Assembly: GCA_028023455.1 (NCBI GenBank)
Contig: JAQFVV010000003.1
Location: 11,966,001 to 12,030,000 of the forward strand
Direction of reading: 5' to 3'
Length of the DNA: 64,000 nucleotides
DNA from: Epiperipatus broadwayi
Taxonomy: Eukaryota; Animalia; Onychophora
Both the position numbers and the translations under genes were made by a program. The notes below the pieces were generated by a model. That model was not told the origin of the DNA and made no database searches. It was given only the letters and a program-made list of their open reading frames with translations. Numbering within the stretch: position 1 is the stretch's first letter; every line of letters starts with the position of its first letter. Below are positions 11,701 to 24,473 of the stretch, one piece after another.

Positions 11701-13962
11701 CTTTATCTATTCCTACGTCTAATTCATAAACTCGAATCAAATCTCTAAAAGAAAGAATTGTTTTGATTCATTTTTTCATATAAACAGTGAAAATTTAATT
11801 TAAATCAACCCAGCTCATAAGTCCATAATTGAATAACTGTGGGTAAGCATGCCAAAAAATTTTAAAAAAGAAATAAAAATTGGTCAAAGATTAAACTAGA
11901 GACGAGTGATTTGATTCTGTTATATTTTTCAACTGCTATATTTGGCCACATGCATTCAAATATGTAGGTATAAAAGAACAAAAAAGACAAACTCATATAA
12001 AAGATTTCTCTTTATGTCAATAAGATGTCTCTGTATATCAGTAGAACAAATTTATTTTAGTTAAATTAAATAATAAAATGTTTAAGATAAAATAAAAATT
12101 GAAACAGGGAATCAAGATTTAATTAAATAACTAAATAAATCCATGTATAAATAAGACAAATAAGGTATTTAATTAGTCCTCAATATTTAATATTTTGATA
12201 AAATTTAACTTTTACTAATTTTATTTAAGAATTAATAAATATCAAATTAATTAACAATGTAATGTAGGCAATAACTAATTAAATAAAGTATGAAAAAATA
12301 ATAAAGATAAGCCAAAAATTTATGTGCCAAATGGATATCAAATTAAAAAAATATCTTTTAAAAATTATTGACAAAAAAAAGGTATAAAAAAAGCAAAAAA
12401 TCTTCTATTTATTGTCTGAATTTGTCTTTTCTGGTGATACCTTCCTAGTGTTTGGCATTTTCTCTTAAGTTATGATCAAACCAGCATACCAAGCTGAAGT
12501 GCACAAAGCTGACACACACAAAGTGTTTATATATTAGCTGGCAAAGAATACTAATATTTCACAAAGATGAGAAATATGCTATCTTATATAGATATATTTG
12601 TGATGGCAGACTAAGTCCCTGGTGTTTAACCTTGCAGCAATATAACTACTAATAATAAAGAGAATGCCTTAAAACTGAGTTTAAAAAAAAGCCTGTCGCT
12701 TTTGAAAGATATTTGCTGCTATTTGAAACATCTTACAAAGACTCATCTGCTAAAATAAGATGATAAAAAGAAATATATGTCTGTAAAACAAGCAACCATT
12801 GAATAATATTGGATCTCTAACTAGTTAAAATGGAAACTATTTAAAAATCAATCCAGTTCTAGCCATGGAATCCCCTCAAGAACATAAACTGAAAGTGGAC
12901 CAGGGAGCCAATCAAGAAAAATTGCGGTGGAAGCTACCTGAATTTATTCAGCTCATTATAACTATACTGTCTCAATATCTATGTAAATTGGGTTAATCAA
13001 TAAACCAACTAAATGAACAGTTGCATAAAAGTAAAATCTGCATAAAATCAGATTGAAGTAAAGATTAGAAAGATATATAAGTATGATCAGAAATTAATAA
13101 ATAATTTTATTATTCCATTTTTTATTAATAGGCCTAAAATAAATATCTAAACTAAATGAACTATTAAAATTTCACTGAAATAAAATAAGATAGGATATTT
13201 TTGTAATTAATATTTTTTCTCTTATATATGTTGCGAGTGTACATCAATTAATATATTCTTATATTTTTATTCTAATGTATTTTTACTTTATTAAATTGTC
13301 TTTTTATTATTCTGTTATGAGTTGAACTTTTGCAGTTTGTAAATATTCAGAACTAGCCCAATTGTTATATTAAAATAAATTTGCTTGATTAACTTATTAT
13401 GAGTAGCAACTATTCCATGATGTTCTTGGATCAGTCTATATAGTTGCAATATAAAGATAGCTGTTAGTGTTTTAAAATTATTTTGATTTAAAATAAGCAA
13501 TAGATCATGTTTGCTGTACCAACTAAAGTATTTACTCTGGGAAGCATTGTCATATTTACCTTAGCCAATTTTGGATTAATGGTGGGATTCACTATCAAAG
13601 AAGTTATGAAAAGATTTGAACCCAACCCATAGACATTTCTCATTACAGAAATAGTGCCCTAATCTACAATATGATAGACATATTATAAATAAAAGATATT
13701 TACAGTGACAGACCTTCTCTTTAACTGAAGCTGTTTTATGGGAATGATAATCAGGAAATATGGCTGTATACTTAGTCTGACCATCATAGTTAGTTAGGAC
13801 TTTCAGTCTAAATATTAATACCCATTAACCCCAGTGCATTAATCATTATACTTTCTAGTTCATGTACATATAAAAGGAGTATAAACCCATTTCCATTACA
13901 ATATCACTCATTTTATTTCTTCTACCTTTTTTTTTATTCTCCACACATCTTAATAATATATT

Positions 13963-14639
13963 TGCAATATATGATCTTGCCTTCATAAGTGGACTAGTCC
14001 AGATTCCTTCCTTGTATAATCAGATTGAGCACTTATTGCCACCAACCAATGTGTAAACATATAGATAATCAATGTATAAATGTATCCAAAGGTTAAAACA
14101 TAAGTATGGCCAATGTGTAAACATATGTATAAAATCCTACCATTGGTTAGTATGGGCCAGTAGGTAATGATGCTCTCTGACACCAATTGCTGCCAGTAAG
14201 GTAGGGGATCTAGCCTTTTTGGAGGCAAGAGGTAGAAAGAGAACATCTGCCTAACCTGAATGACTGAATGTACTCTCAATTGAAACTACTTTCAACTGCA
14301 AAGATGTTTCTACTATAGTCATTAATGATACATCTATGCAGTAAGGCAAATCCATGATAGGACTGGAAGTTCCTATGATTGTGGCCAATTTGAGGCAAGC
14401 TGTCTAATACAGCTGGAAGAGTCTTGACTAGAACTCATGAGGCAAGCTAAGATATACAGCTGGAAGTGAGTTTAATCCTTTGGGCATGACCAACTCATTA
14501 TTGACTAAGTTCTACATAAATTTGTATTTATTAATGGTATAGCATGTATGCATATTTGTTCTAATAAATTATACCTATTAACTTTTTTGATATTAGTGTT
14601 GGTTTGGGTCTGAAATCTGCAATTCAATTAAACACAACA
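13963..14639 (+). repeat. 5' LTR (~677 bp)
   Basis: TGCAATATATGATCTTGCC...AAACACAACA; direct repeat of 16823-17493. Confidence 0.88.
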
Positions 14640-15149
14640 GATTTGGTGCAATCAGACAAAGGAAAAATAATATAAAATATGCCAAACAACAGATTTGGTG
14701 CAGTCAAGCAAAAGAAATATTTCCCCCCATAACTGGAAAAATACAGTAAATATGCAAGTATGCAGTTAGACATTTGTCATATTAATATCACTATGCTGCC
14801 TGAATAAAAATCAGATTTGGCAATTTGAAAAAATACACGAGTGCAAACAAAGTAGAATCATCATATTTACGAAAGAGTGATAAAATTCTATCATTTAGTT
14901 CTCCCCAAATGAAAAATAGATTCTGCAGAGTCATAAGAAAAATTGGCAGCAAACATAATAGGCATATCAATTAAAATCATAAACCAATCACGAATGCATA
15001 ACTCATAATAAAGCAAAGGAAGCTCTCTCTAGTGGATTAAAAGCTTCGTTGGGACAATTACCAACAAGATCTGTCAACATTTAAAAATTATGAGTGGTAA
15101 CTCACACAAATAAAAATTGCTACTTTGTTTCTCTTATGAAGAAATGAGG

Positions 15150-16800
15150 GAAAATTAAAAAATGACTAAATTCTATTGGCACCACGAAAGCTTTTGATCC
15201 AGACCACCCTGAGGGCTGGTCTAGCTATGAAAAACGATTAATATTTTATCTACAGGCTTACCAGATCAAGAATCCTGATGTAAAATTACCACATTAATGA
15301 CCATAATAGGCAGAAACACCAGTTGTCATAGATTTTGATAAAACGTTAGCAACTCTCACTGATTATTTTTCTTCAAAACCTTTGGCAATAATGCAGAGAT
15401 ATTATTTCAATCTCTGTATTCAAAAAGATGGGGGAAGCCAGAATTTGTAACAAGTAATTTGATCATTGGCATTAATGTACAAATTCAAAGATTTTCTGAA
15501 TGAAGCACTTCGTGATCATTTTATTGGCAGCATAAACATTCACAATTTAAGATTTAAAATATTGCTGATGTTGCTGGATTTACATTTTGAAACAGCTGTG
15601 GCTCAAGTAGTACTAGCAGAATCAATAGCTAGTTAGGCAAACCTATTAAAAAAATTACTAAGTATAATGTGCAAAAAATCGAGCATAACACTGGGTGGAT
15701 CATTCAGTCAGCTCAGATAATTGATCACCAAATAGTCTAATGCATTGCCGTAGATGCAATAAATAAATGCTCACACACATACAGAATGATCACCCCGCTA
15801 TATAATATGTACGTTTTCCAAACAGGTTGGACATATAAAGGTTGCATGTTTGAAATTAAAAAGACAGATAGCCGATATGAGAATGGAAAAATCCATTCCA
15901 AAAAACAGCAAAGGCATTTATAAGAACAATAAACAAGTTGCCTATATAAATCATATTAAAGATAATCAGTCTGGATTTATACACAGTATATGCCATTTAC
16001 AATGCAACTGGATATAGGGCCCGCAGTGTCTATTGTTTCAAAAAAGATCTGGGCTATCATTAATAAGAATAATTAATATAAGCTGCATCCTAGAAGCAAA
16101 TCAATCTCAGACTATCAGGGCAATAAAATAAAGCCAATGACCAAACATTAGTTAAAATTACTATGCCTATCAAGACTATACACCTACCACTAGTGGTGGC
16201 ATCAGGCCATGACTGGTTCAGTCACTTAGGCTTTGCAGTGACAAAGGTGAATCAGATCACAACATTAACTAAAAGTGCTAGTACTAACATGATGCATCAA
16301 CGGTTGGAATAGGGGCAGTGTTCCCCCATAGAAATAAATTACAGAACACACAGTCCTATTGCCTCTGCATCAAAGTGCCTCTCAAGAGCTGAGAGAAATT
16401 ATGAAACTATGCTCAAATTGTTAGAGAGGCCCTGGCTTTAATCAATGGCATCAAAAAATTTCATTACTACCACCTATATTGTAGACCATTCATCCTACAA
16501 ACAGATCATAGACCCCTTTTGGGAATGTTTGCATCTGACAAAGGAATCCTTCAGCATGCCTTATCATGAATGCTGCACTGGTTTAATTTTTTGTCAGGCT
16601 ATAACTTTGCACTACAATACATTGAGGGAAAACATATTCCCCATGTAGGTGCATTAAGCTGATTGCCTGCTGAAGAGAGTGACAATCCTAGTGAACACCA
16701 AGATTAAGACCACCAAACAAAGATGATGAACAAGACAAGAACAGCAAAAACCTGTGAAATAAAAGTTGAAAACACATTCAGTTCATCTCGATGACTATGT
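15150..16800 (+). pseudogene. gag-protease-RNase H remnants; RT and most of the integrase deleted
   Basis: FDPDHPEGWSSYEKRLIFYLQAY (gag start, ~15190), QVGHIKVAC knuckle (~15820), MQLDIGPAVSIVSKKIW (protease, ~16000), PIASASKCLSRAERNY...AQIVREALALINGIKKFHYY (RNase H, ~16355-16470), FLSGYNFALQYIEGKHIPHVGALS and an L.DYV C-terminus just before the PPT. Confidence 0.8.
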
Positions 16801-16822
16801 TCTCCAGATCTAGGGGGAGGGA

Positions 16823-17493
16823 TGTCATATCTGACCTTGCCTTCAGAAGTGAACTAGTCCAGATTCTTCCTTATCTAATCAGATGAGTACTCATTGCTTC
16901 TAACCAAGGTGTAAAGATATGGATAATCAATGTATAAACATAGCCAAAGGGTAAAACATAAGTATGTCCAATGTGTAAACATGTGTATAAAATCTTACCA
17001 TTGGTTAGTATAAGCCAGTAAGCAGTGATGCTCTCTGAATCTGATTGCTTCCAGTAAGATAGGATATCTGGCAATAAATAGCCAGCCTTTTTGGAGACAA
17101 GAGGGAGAAAAGAGAAAATCTGTCTAACCTGAATGACTGAATGTGCTCTCAAATTAAACCACTTTCAACTGTGAAGGTGTTTTACTGTAGTCATTACCAA
17201 TATGTCTATGCAGTGAGGCAAGTCCATGATAGGACTGGAAGCTACTATGACTATGGCCGACTCAAGGCAATCTGTCCAGTACAGTCAGAATACAGCTGGA
17301 AGTGAGTTCAGTCCTTCAGGCATGATCAGTTCATTATTGACTAAGTTATACATAATTTTGTATTTATTAATGGGTATAACATGTATGTTTTTTTGTTCTA
17401 ATAAATTATACATATTAACTTTGTGGGTGTTCAAATTTTTTTGATTTTACTGCTGTTTTGGATCTAAAACCTACAATTCATCCAAACACAACA
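16823..17493 (+). repeat. 3' LTR (~671 bp)
   Basis: TGTCATATCTGACCTTGCC...AAACACAACA, immediately after the PPT. Confidence 0.88.
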
Positions 17494-18660
17494 ATATACT
17501 TTTAATTTTTTTCTAAATATATTCTGAATCTAATTTTTTTTATTTCATAATTTTTTTAATCTCTTTTTGCTTATTATCTTTTACTTCTCAATGTTAGTCT
17601 TTCAATTGTTTTATTCTTCAAATTTAAGTCTCCTCCTTTTTTTTTCTAATTACTGAAGTTTTTTTTTTTCCAAATGAAGCTTTAATCCAAACAAATATTT
17701 TACGAGTTTCTTAATCAAATCAGATTTTAATGGCCATAGAAAGTAGCTTGATTATAACTTTATTAATTAAAGGCCCATCTAGTCATTGTAGTTCTTATTG
17801 TAATATTGTTGTCATACCTAAATGGCTTTTTTTTAAAAAAAAATAAATACCTTTGAGTATATTTGTTGTTTTATTTAGATTCTACAAATCTTTATAGGTA
17901 TAAACTTCATTTAAAATTAAGTTTAACAATAAGAATATATATATGGTATAAGAGAAAATATATAAAATAATGTGAATTGATACATTATATTTGCTGTATT
18001 CGGAAAAAGACCAGTTATGACACAAATATTAATAAGACTAATCGTTGAAATAGATTTAACATATTTAAAGAATAGTATTAAAATCAATAACAAAAAGTAT
18101 ATATAGAAATACTTACAAATTTCATAACTTCCCGCCTAATTGTTATTTTTTATTATGACTTCCTATTAACAAAAATAAAACACATGTTAATATATATTTT
18201 TTATTTTGAAATACTGTATAAATAATTGATAACTAATATTTTTTCAACAAAATTTCATTTTCTCAGAATATAGTAGCAATATCATTTTTTCTTTCCATTT
18301 CAGGAACTACTATGTAAGCAAGAAATAAAATCAATGATACTGAAAGAATCAAATAATCAGAATCCACAATTGATTTCTTGATAATTGAACTTGGATTTGT
18401 ACTATTCTTTATTCACTGAATACTTTTTATTATTAATTATTCATTTAGTCAATGGTTTGTAAATTAAATAAAATTTTGAACAAATTCCTTATTAATACAT
18501 TGCTCTTTTTTATCCATACAATCTATTATCAGCTGTAAGCAATTTTTAGCACAATCATGATATTAGGATCAAAAAATTAATTATATATAAAACATTTAAT
18601 TGATATGTCTAGACTTTCATTCTGTTCTGTTAGTAATCAAATATATCATGACTACAGAAC

Positions 18661-18778
18661 TTTTTTTTTCCATATGTCATAGCATCTGCCGGGAGGCGAA
18701 CCTGCAACAACAGCCTGCAACCAACTGCTTGCTTGCAAGGCAGTTGCGCTAACCTCTCGGCTAACAACCCTTGGCATG
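18661..18778 (-). mobile_element. tRNA-derived SINE (tRNA-Ala(UGC)-like head)
   Basis: Minus strand has A-box TAGCCGAGAGG (18753-18763), anticodon-like loop CTTGCAA, B-box GGTTCGCCTCC (18692-18702), 3' end GATGCTATGAC and an A tail. Same family as 56039-56141. Confidence 0.75.
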
Positions 18779-20810
18779 TTTTGCACCATTTTGTTTTTAA
18801 TAACTGAAACCTAATGCTTATATTTTTATAGATTCAAACACATTTAAAATATAGATTTTTCTGTGTTGTTTATGCAGATTCGTTGAGAAGAAAATATCAA
18901 ACTTTTATCAAGAATATTTGTTAGAAATTCTTGCAGCACTACTGATTTAAAATTTTGACTTTCTGATAGGTAAATTACCATTTCTTACCATCTTTTGCTT
19001 TCTTATTAGAACTTTTAATACTAATAAACTGATGTATTTGATAGTTATAGCTATCTTTTTTCATGCATTTCTTGGACATATTACTCCTTTTTGGTATCAA
19101 TTTGTTTGGATATGTTCTCCATTTATTAAAATAAATTTTATTATCCTAATTAATTATTCATGGTCCTTTGTTAAAAAAGATTCTTGCCTTTCTATAGCTT
19201 ACATTTTTGGATGCTATTATATGCTATTATCATTGATTCAGATGTTTTTAGCTCCTCTTTCATTATTACTTTCTCAATTTCTATTTTTTTTTTTTTAGCT
19301 TTCTTCTTTACTTTAGCTCCAATTATTATTAAAACTATTATGAATTATGTATAGCTTGCTAATCTAATTGATAATCTAAATAATGTATTTGTTCATAGGT
19401 GCCTTTTATAGCAGTATAAAGAAAATAATATACCCTTATGCTAATCCATGAAACTTCCTTTTGCTAAAACACAAAATCTTTGTATGCTACAATTCTTTCT
19501 AAAATTTTTATTCAACTTTCATAATATGCTATTCCTATTAAACAATATCTCATCTTTGGATTTGTTTACGTTTGCTAATATATGTTTGTTTTTTTTAATA
19601 TTTTTCATTTATTCTAGGCATTTGTATGTTTTGCTTATCTTAGTTTATTGATTTTTCACAAATATGGAACCCTACACACTTTGAAATTTTAAACCTTTTG
19701 TTATTCTTCGGGGGGGGGGGAAGCAATTTATACTGGCATTAAATCAATACAGCAGGTTGACAGCATGCAGTGTGATAAAAATGTGAGTTAAAAAAATAAG
19801 ATTAATGTAAATCAGGAATACTATATAAATATCTATATGCATATATATATACCTTTAAATTACAATGCAGAAAAATCATAAATATTATAATCAAAATAAG
19901 ATTGAAATAAACAATTTTGTTTTAATCTTATTTTAATTGATTATTGGTTTATGTATTTGTAATATTATAAACAAATAAATTGAATTGTATATTTGATCAT
20001 TATAGTAATTTAGTAATCACAAAAATCATATTTAAAACATGGCATTTGGTCATCATTTTTAGACTTATAAAGTATTGCACAGGTAATTTTTGTTAAATAC
20101 CTACACATTTATAAAAAATGATTGTAATAAGTTTTCTCTAGTTGGACATTAGGTGATTTATTAGATAATTGTCTGCAGTAATTTTCAATTTTATAGTTAC
20201 ATCTGGGTAATTTTTGACACATGTATTTGTAAGTCTATAAACACAGACATACATTAGATGTTTTTTGGCAATTACTTGTTGGATTGTTTTCATCATCTGC
20301 AGTTTACATGTTAAAAAAAAAAAAATGTTTTCTGTGAAAATGCGTGTTATGAATATTATTTGAAAAGTTGAAATAAAATTTGAATTTTTTTTTTTTTAAT
20401 ATTTAACAATATAACAAAGTGATGAAAATAGTCCAATATATAATTTTAAATAAAATGCCATCTTCGCTAACTTATCGACAAACATTAGAATTTTTTTTGC
20501 ATGATATTACTATTTATTATTTCTGTTGTTTACTCGTGCAAAAGCCTAGTGGTTCGCTTACTGGTCAACGCATTTGACATATAAAAAAAACTTACCGGTT
20601 TTTTTATTAGCAAATTAAGATCTATATTTGAGCTGATTAATTCATGGTGTTTAAGATTAACCCTAATTTGTCATATACTTTTTTGTTGTTGTTGTTGTTG
20701 TTATCACATTTAATAGACAGGTAGTCTTTATTTTTTTTATTTTTGGCTTTTTTCCCTTTGAACAAAAATAATATTTATAACTTTATATATATATCAATTT
20801 CATTATGCGA

Positions 20811-20943
20811 GTTAGTAAGTATGTATAAGTTTAATATGGTTTATACTTTATCTGTTCTTGATAAAAAATATCAATTTTATTATGCAAGTTAGTATGTATA
20901 ACTTTAATATGGTTTATACTTTATCTGTTCTTGATAAAAAATA
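20811..20943. repeat. Local tandem duplication (~56-60 bp unit)
   Basis: GTATGTATAA(G/C)TTTAATATGGTTTATACTTTATCTGTTCTTGATAAAAAATA occurs twice. Confidence 0.85.
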
Positions 20944-21098
20944 TTTTTGTGGGTGTATTAATTATATATTATGTTCAATGAACAAGACTGAAAGTAATAT
21001 TTCTGTTTTTGTTCAGATGCTGAATCTTTTACATTTTTGCTATTTAATAACTGAAACACACAGGCTTATTATATACCTGTGTCTATATATGTAATATA

Positions 21099-21614
21099 TA
21101 GGGTATATGAGCACAGTCTTTCACACAACCCACCACTCTCCACACTAGCTCATAACACTGATACACTTGAACACATATATGCTGAAAAGATGAATAATCA
21201 CCAATATACATATTTCATGCTAAACCAGCAATCATCAGTTGGTCCAGATTACCATCTCTACATGAGGGGTCATATTGACCTTAGGTCAACATGGGTGTGA
21301 CAAGAATCTCAGCCTCAGGGTGGCCTTTGAGCATTCCATCAACAGATTTTCAATTGGATGGATGGTTGGAGTGTGGAGTAGATTGAAGCCTGTTCATTAA
21401 AGTATGAGGATTGGCTATCTTAATATATATCTGAGCAATTATAGCATATAATGTGTAGAGATGGTAACCTGGACCAACCGATGATTGCTGGTTTAACATG
21501 AAATAAGTATATTGGTTATTAATTTTTTAGCATATATGTGTTCAAGTGTATCAATGTTATGAGATAGTGTTGGAGAATGGTGGGTCGTGTGAAAGTCTGT
21601 GCTCATATACCCTA
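21099..21614. mobile_element. MITE with ~165 bp TIRs, Tc1/mariner-like (TA flanks)
   Basis: TA|TAGGGTATATGAGCACAG...ACCATCTCTACA (to ~21262) is inverted at ~21454-21614 (...CTGTGCTCATATACCCTA|TA). Non-coding ~190 bp spacer. Confidence 0.85.
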
Positions 21615-21826
21615 TATTTTTGCTATTTGTAAGTTTTAATATGGAAGAATCGAGTTCTTTTTTTCTGAAATTTCTATTAGTATCAATGCCAAACCACTAA
21701 TCGTAAAGAATTATAGCCATTCTAACTGCAAAAAAAAAAAAGTACAATGGAGAGAAGTATAGGTAGAATTTTTGAAAAGAGTCCATTTGATTATAAAAAA
21801 AGATTTAAAGCTTATTATCAATACTA

Positions 21827-21914
21827 TATATTGTCTATGTTTTTGTATATAGTTGTAAAACATGGATTACCATATATTGTCTATGTTTTTGTATATAGTT
21901 GTAAAACATGGATT
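21827..21914. repeat. 46-bp-period tandem duplication
   Basis: TATATTGTCTATGTTTTTGTATATAGTTGTAAAACATGGATT at 21827 and 21873. Confidence 0.9.
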
Positions 21915-21964
21915 CATAAAATAATGCTGAAAACAAGACTTCATTTACAGAGAGAAATACCAAA

Positions 21965-22212
<248 letters not shown>

Positions 22213-22614
22213 CAAAGATGTGCATAACTGAACTCTCTATCACATATATATGTTACTATTGTAACTTAAAGTTCATTGAAACTTTGTAACTGCGAGCAGA
22301 CAATACATTGTTACTATTTTATCTCTGCCAAAATGTGTACTCTAGAAAATTAGTATACAACATAATAAATGAGACTAAGATATGTTAATTAATGTAGCTA
22401 TAAAATATGGACTGATAATAGTAGCAAAGAGCTGCAAGCTAAGAGAGAATAAAATTTCTCACATGGGAGGGACTAAATCTGAACTCTATGTATAGATTTA
22501 AAATATACAGAAAGTGGTATTTGGTCAGTTGAAGTAAAAGACATTTTAAATTGGTATTAGACATATTGTGTATATAAATACAAGTTAATGCAAAGTCAAA
22601 TTACAAGGATTATT

Positions 22615-22648
<34 letters not shown>
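22615..22648. repeat. (TA)n(TG)n compound microsatellite
   Basis: Direct reading. Confidence 0.95.
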
Positions 22649-22949
22649 CAGTGGGAGAGGATAATATATTGCTGTATGTCAAATTGTTATTAATCACTTT
22701 CCAAAAATAAAGTCAACTCCACTATTATTTAATTATTATTTTCATTTTATCAGCCCAAGTAAATAAAGTTTCTGAGTTTTAAAGTCTTGTCTTAGTTGTT
22801 ATTTATTTTAAATTGATGTTTGCTTATTTGGTATTATGGAAATACCCCGAAGTACACAGCAGAGTGATGCAGTTATGGAACCTGTTTGCAGAATTAATAA
22901 CAACAGAGTATCAAAAGTGACAGCAGATTGGTGCAAGTCAGTAATTAAT

Positions 22950-23620
22950 ATTTAATCTGCATATTAACCAAGTGGAACTGTGTAAAAATAATGATGATAT
23001 TGCCAAGTCACAATATTCATGAATTCAATGTAAACAATGAAGTGACATGAAATTCATATTCGAACATATCGAGCATTAGTGGACGATGACAAAGTCAAAG
23101 TGTTTACTCTTTTATTCTACAGATAGCTAAGCAACTATGTGATTCTAAGAATCCCAAGAATATTTCTTAAAAAGATTTAATTGAAATTGTAAATGTGTAC
23201 TTTCAACCAATGGTATCTGAATGGGTGGTCCACTTTTATTTTAGAAATGTGGAAACAATTATTTCATGAGTGTTATCATGATTATAATTTAATACTGTGA
23301 AAACTGACTGAATAATGCAAATTTCTGCTAAGCTGAAAGATATGTTGTTGAACCAATTGTTATATAGAATGTTGGACTATAACCTTAGAAAAAATTTATT
23401 AAGTGAACCAGATCTGATATGTAAAACAACATTGCAAGGTATATTGCATAAGAGACCATATTAGATAATGCATCAGAATTTCAAACCTTAATTTTATATG
23501 TGCAGAATAACTTGAGTCATGTGAATAATGTACAAACTGTTATCTCACTTGCAAAAGCTACAGAGAACAATCTGATTTGTTATTGTTATAATGTGAGAGG
23601 CCACATTAAAAAAAATTTCA
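22950..23620 (+). pseudogene. Degenerate Gypsy gag (K02A2.6-like), isolated
   Basis: IHEFNVNNEVT*NSY, FQPMVSEW, SEPDLICKTTLQ (~23401) and a CYNVRGH knuckle remnant (~23585-23605). Confidence 0.5.
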
Positions 23621-23623
23621 TAT

Positions 23624-24473
23624 TGAAAAGTGCAATGTGTTATCTGCAAAAATCCTAGGTAAATATATTCTTTATTATCCCAATCTAAATATATATATAT
23701 TTTCATATGTTAGGCCACCAACACTTGACTAAAGATTTGAACATTTATTTGAATGAAAAACTCTAATGAAATTTGATAATACAATCATAGTAATCTTTAA
23801 TATCGCTTCCCTCAAACTTTGCCATGTTATTTGTAACTCATTATGATATGTTTTAATTATGAGTGTATATAAAATTTTAATAGTGCTTTCATAAGTTAGT
23901 ATGTAGTATTTTAAACGTGTGTATGTGCTTATATTTAAATCTTGTTATAATATGTTTAACTATGAATATGTGTGAATAAATTATTTGTTTGCTTAATTAT
24001 TGCCTTATTGATTCTTTCTATTATAATTGCTTCATTAATAGATTAAATTACAGTTAATTATAAGCATTGAGCAAGTATATTAAAGTCGTCGTCCCCCACA
24101 ATTGAGAAAACGAGCTAGCTTGGGATATATCAAGTGCTAGATGGTATACCTGTCATCTGGGCATGCTGATTATATAACTTATGATTATTGCTGCTTGAGG
24201 TCTTATCTCAAAACAAATAAAAATGTTTTTGATGACAGAGGTTTGAATTTTGCAGCCAAGGAATTCTATAGCCTGGAAATGTGGCCGCAAGTTTTACTTT
24301 GTATAACTTCAGTCTCATTATAGGTACCGTTGATGTTTTTATCTACCTGTGGTATTATATTCCTCTGCTTGAAGGGTCAGTTTGTTGCACTGGTGAAAGT
24401 GCAACCAGAGTTAAGATCAAGATTTAAAAATTAGATAATCAGGATTTTGTCCCAATTAGTTTTCCAATGTGGG
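23624..24473 (+). repeat. 5'-truncated LTR remnant of element A
   Basis: TGAAAAGTGCAATGTGTTATC...TTAGATAATCA matches 37268-38019, with weaker similarity to ~38045. Confidence 0.75.

Larger units (their letters stand above)
13963..17493 (+). mobile_element. Internally deleted Ty3/Gypsy LTR retrotransposon (K02A2.6-like pol)
   Basis: Paired diverged LTRs 13963-14639 and 16823-17493 (TG...CA). PBS-like TGGTGCA(A/G)TC at 14644 and 14696; PPT AGGGGGAGGGA at 16812-16822; flanks ATATT/ATATA. Confidence 0.9.

Noticed and set aside
13590-13680. tRNA/SINE-like B-box (GGGTTCAAATC on the minus strand)
   Set aside because: No convincing A-box, cloverleaf, tail or TSD.
13983-17444. Similar short ORFs at 13983-14279 and 16871-17152 as paralogous genes
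   Set aside because: They are antisense readings of the two LTR copies.
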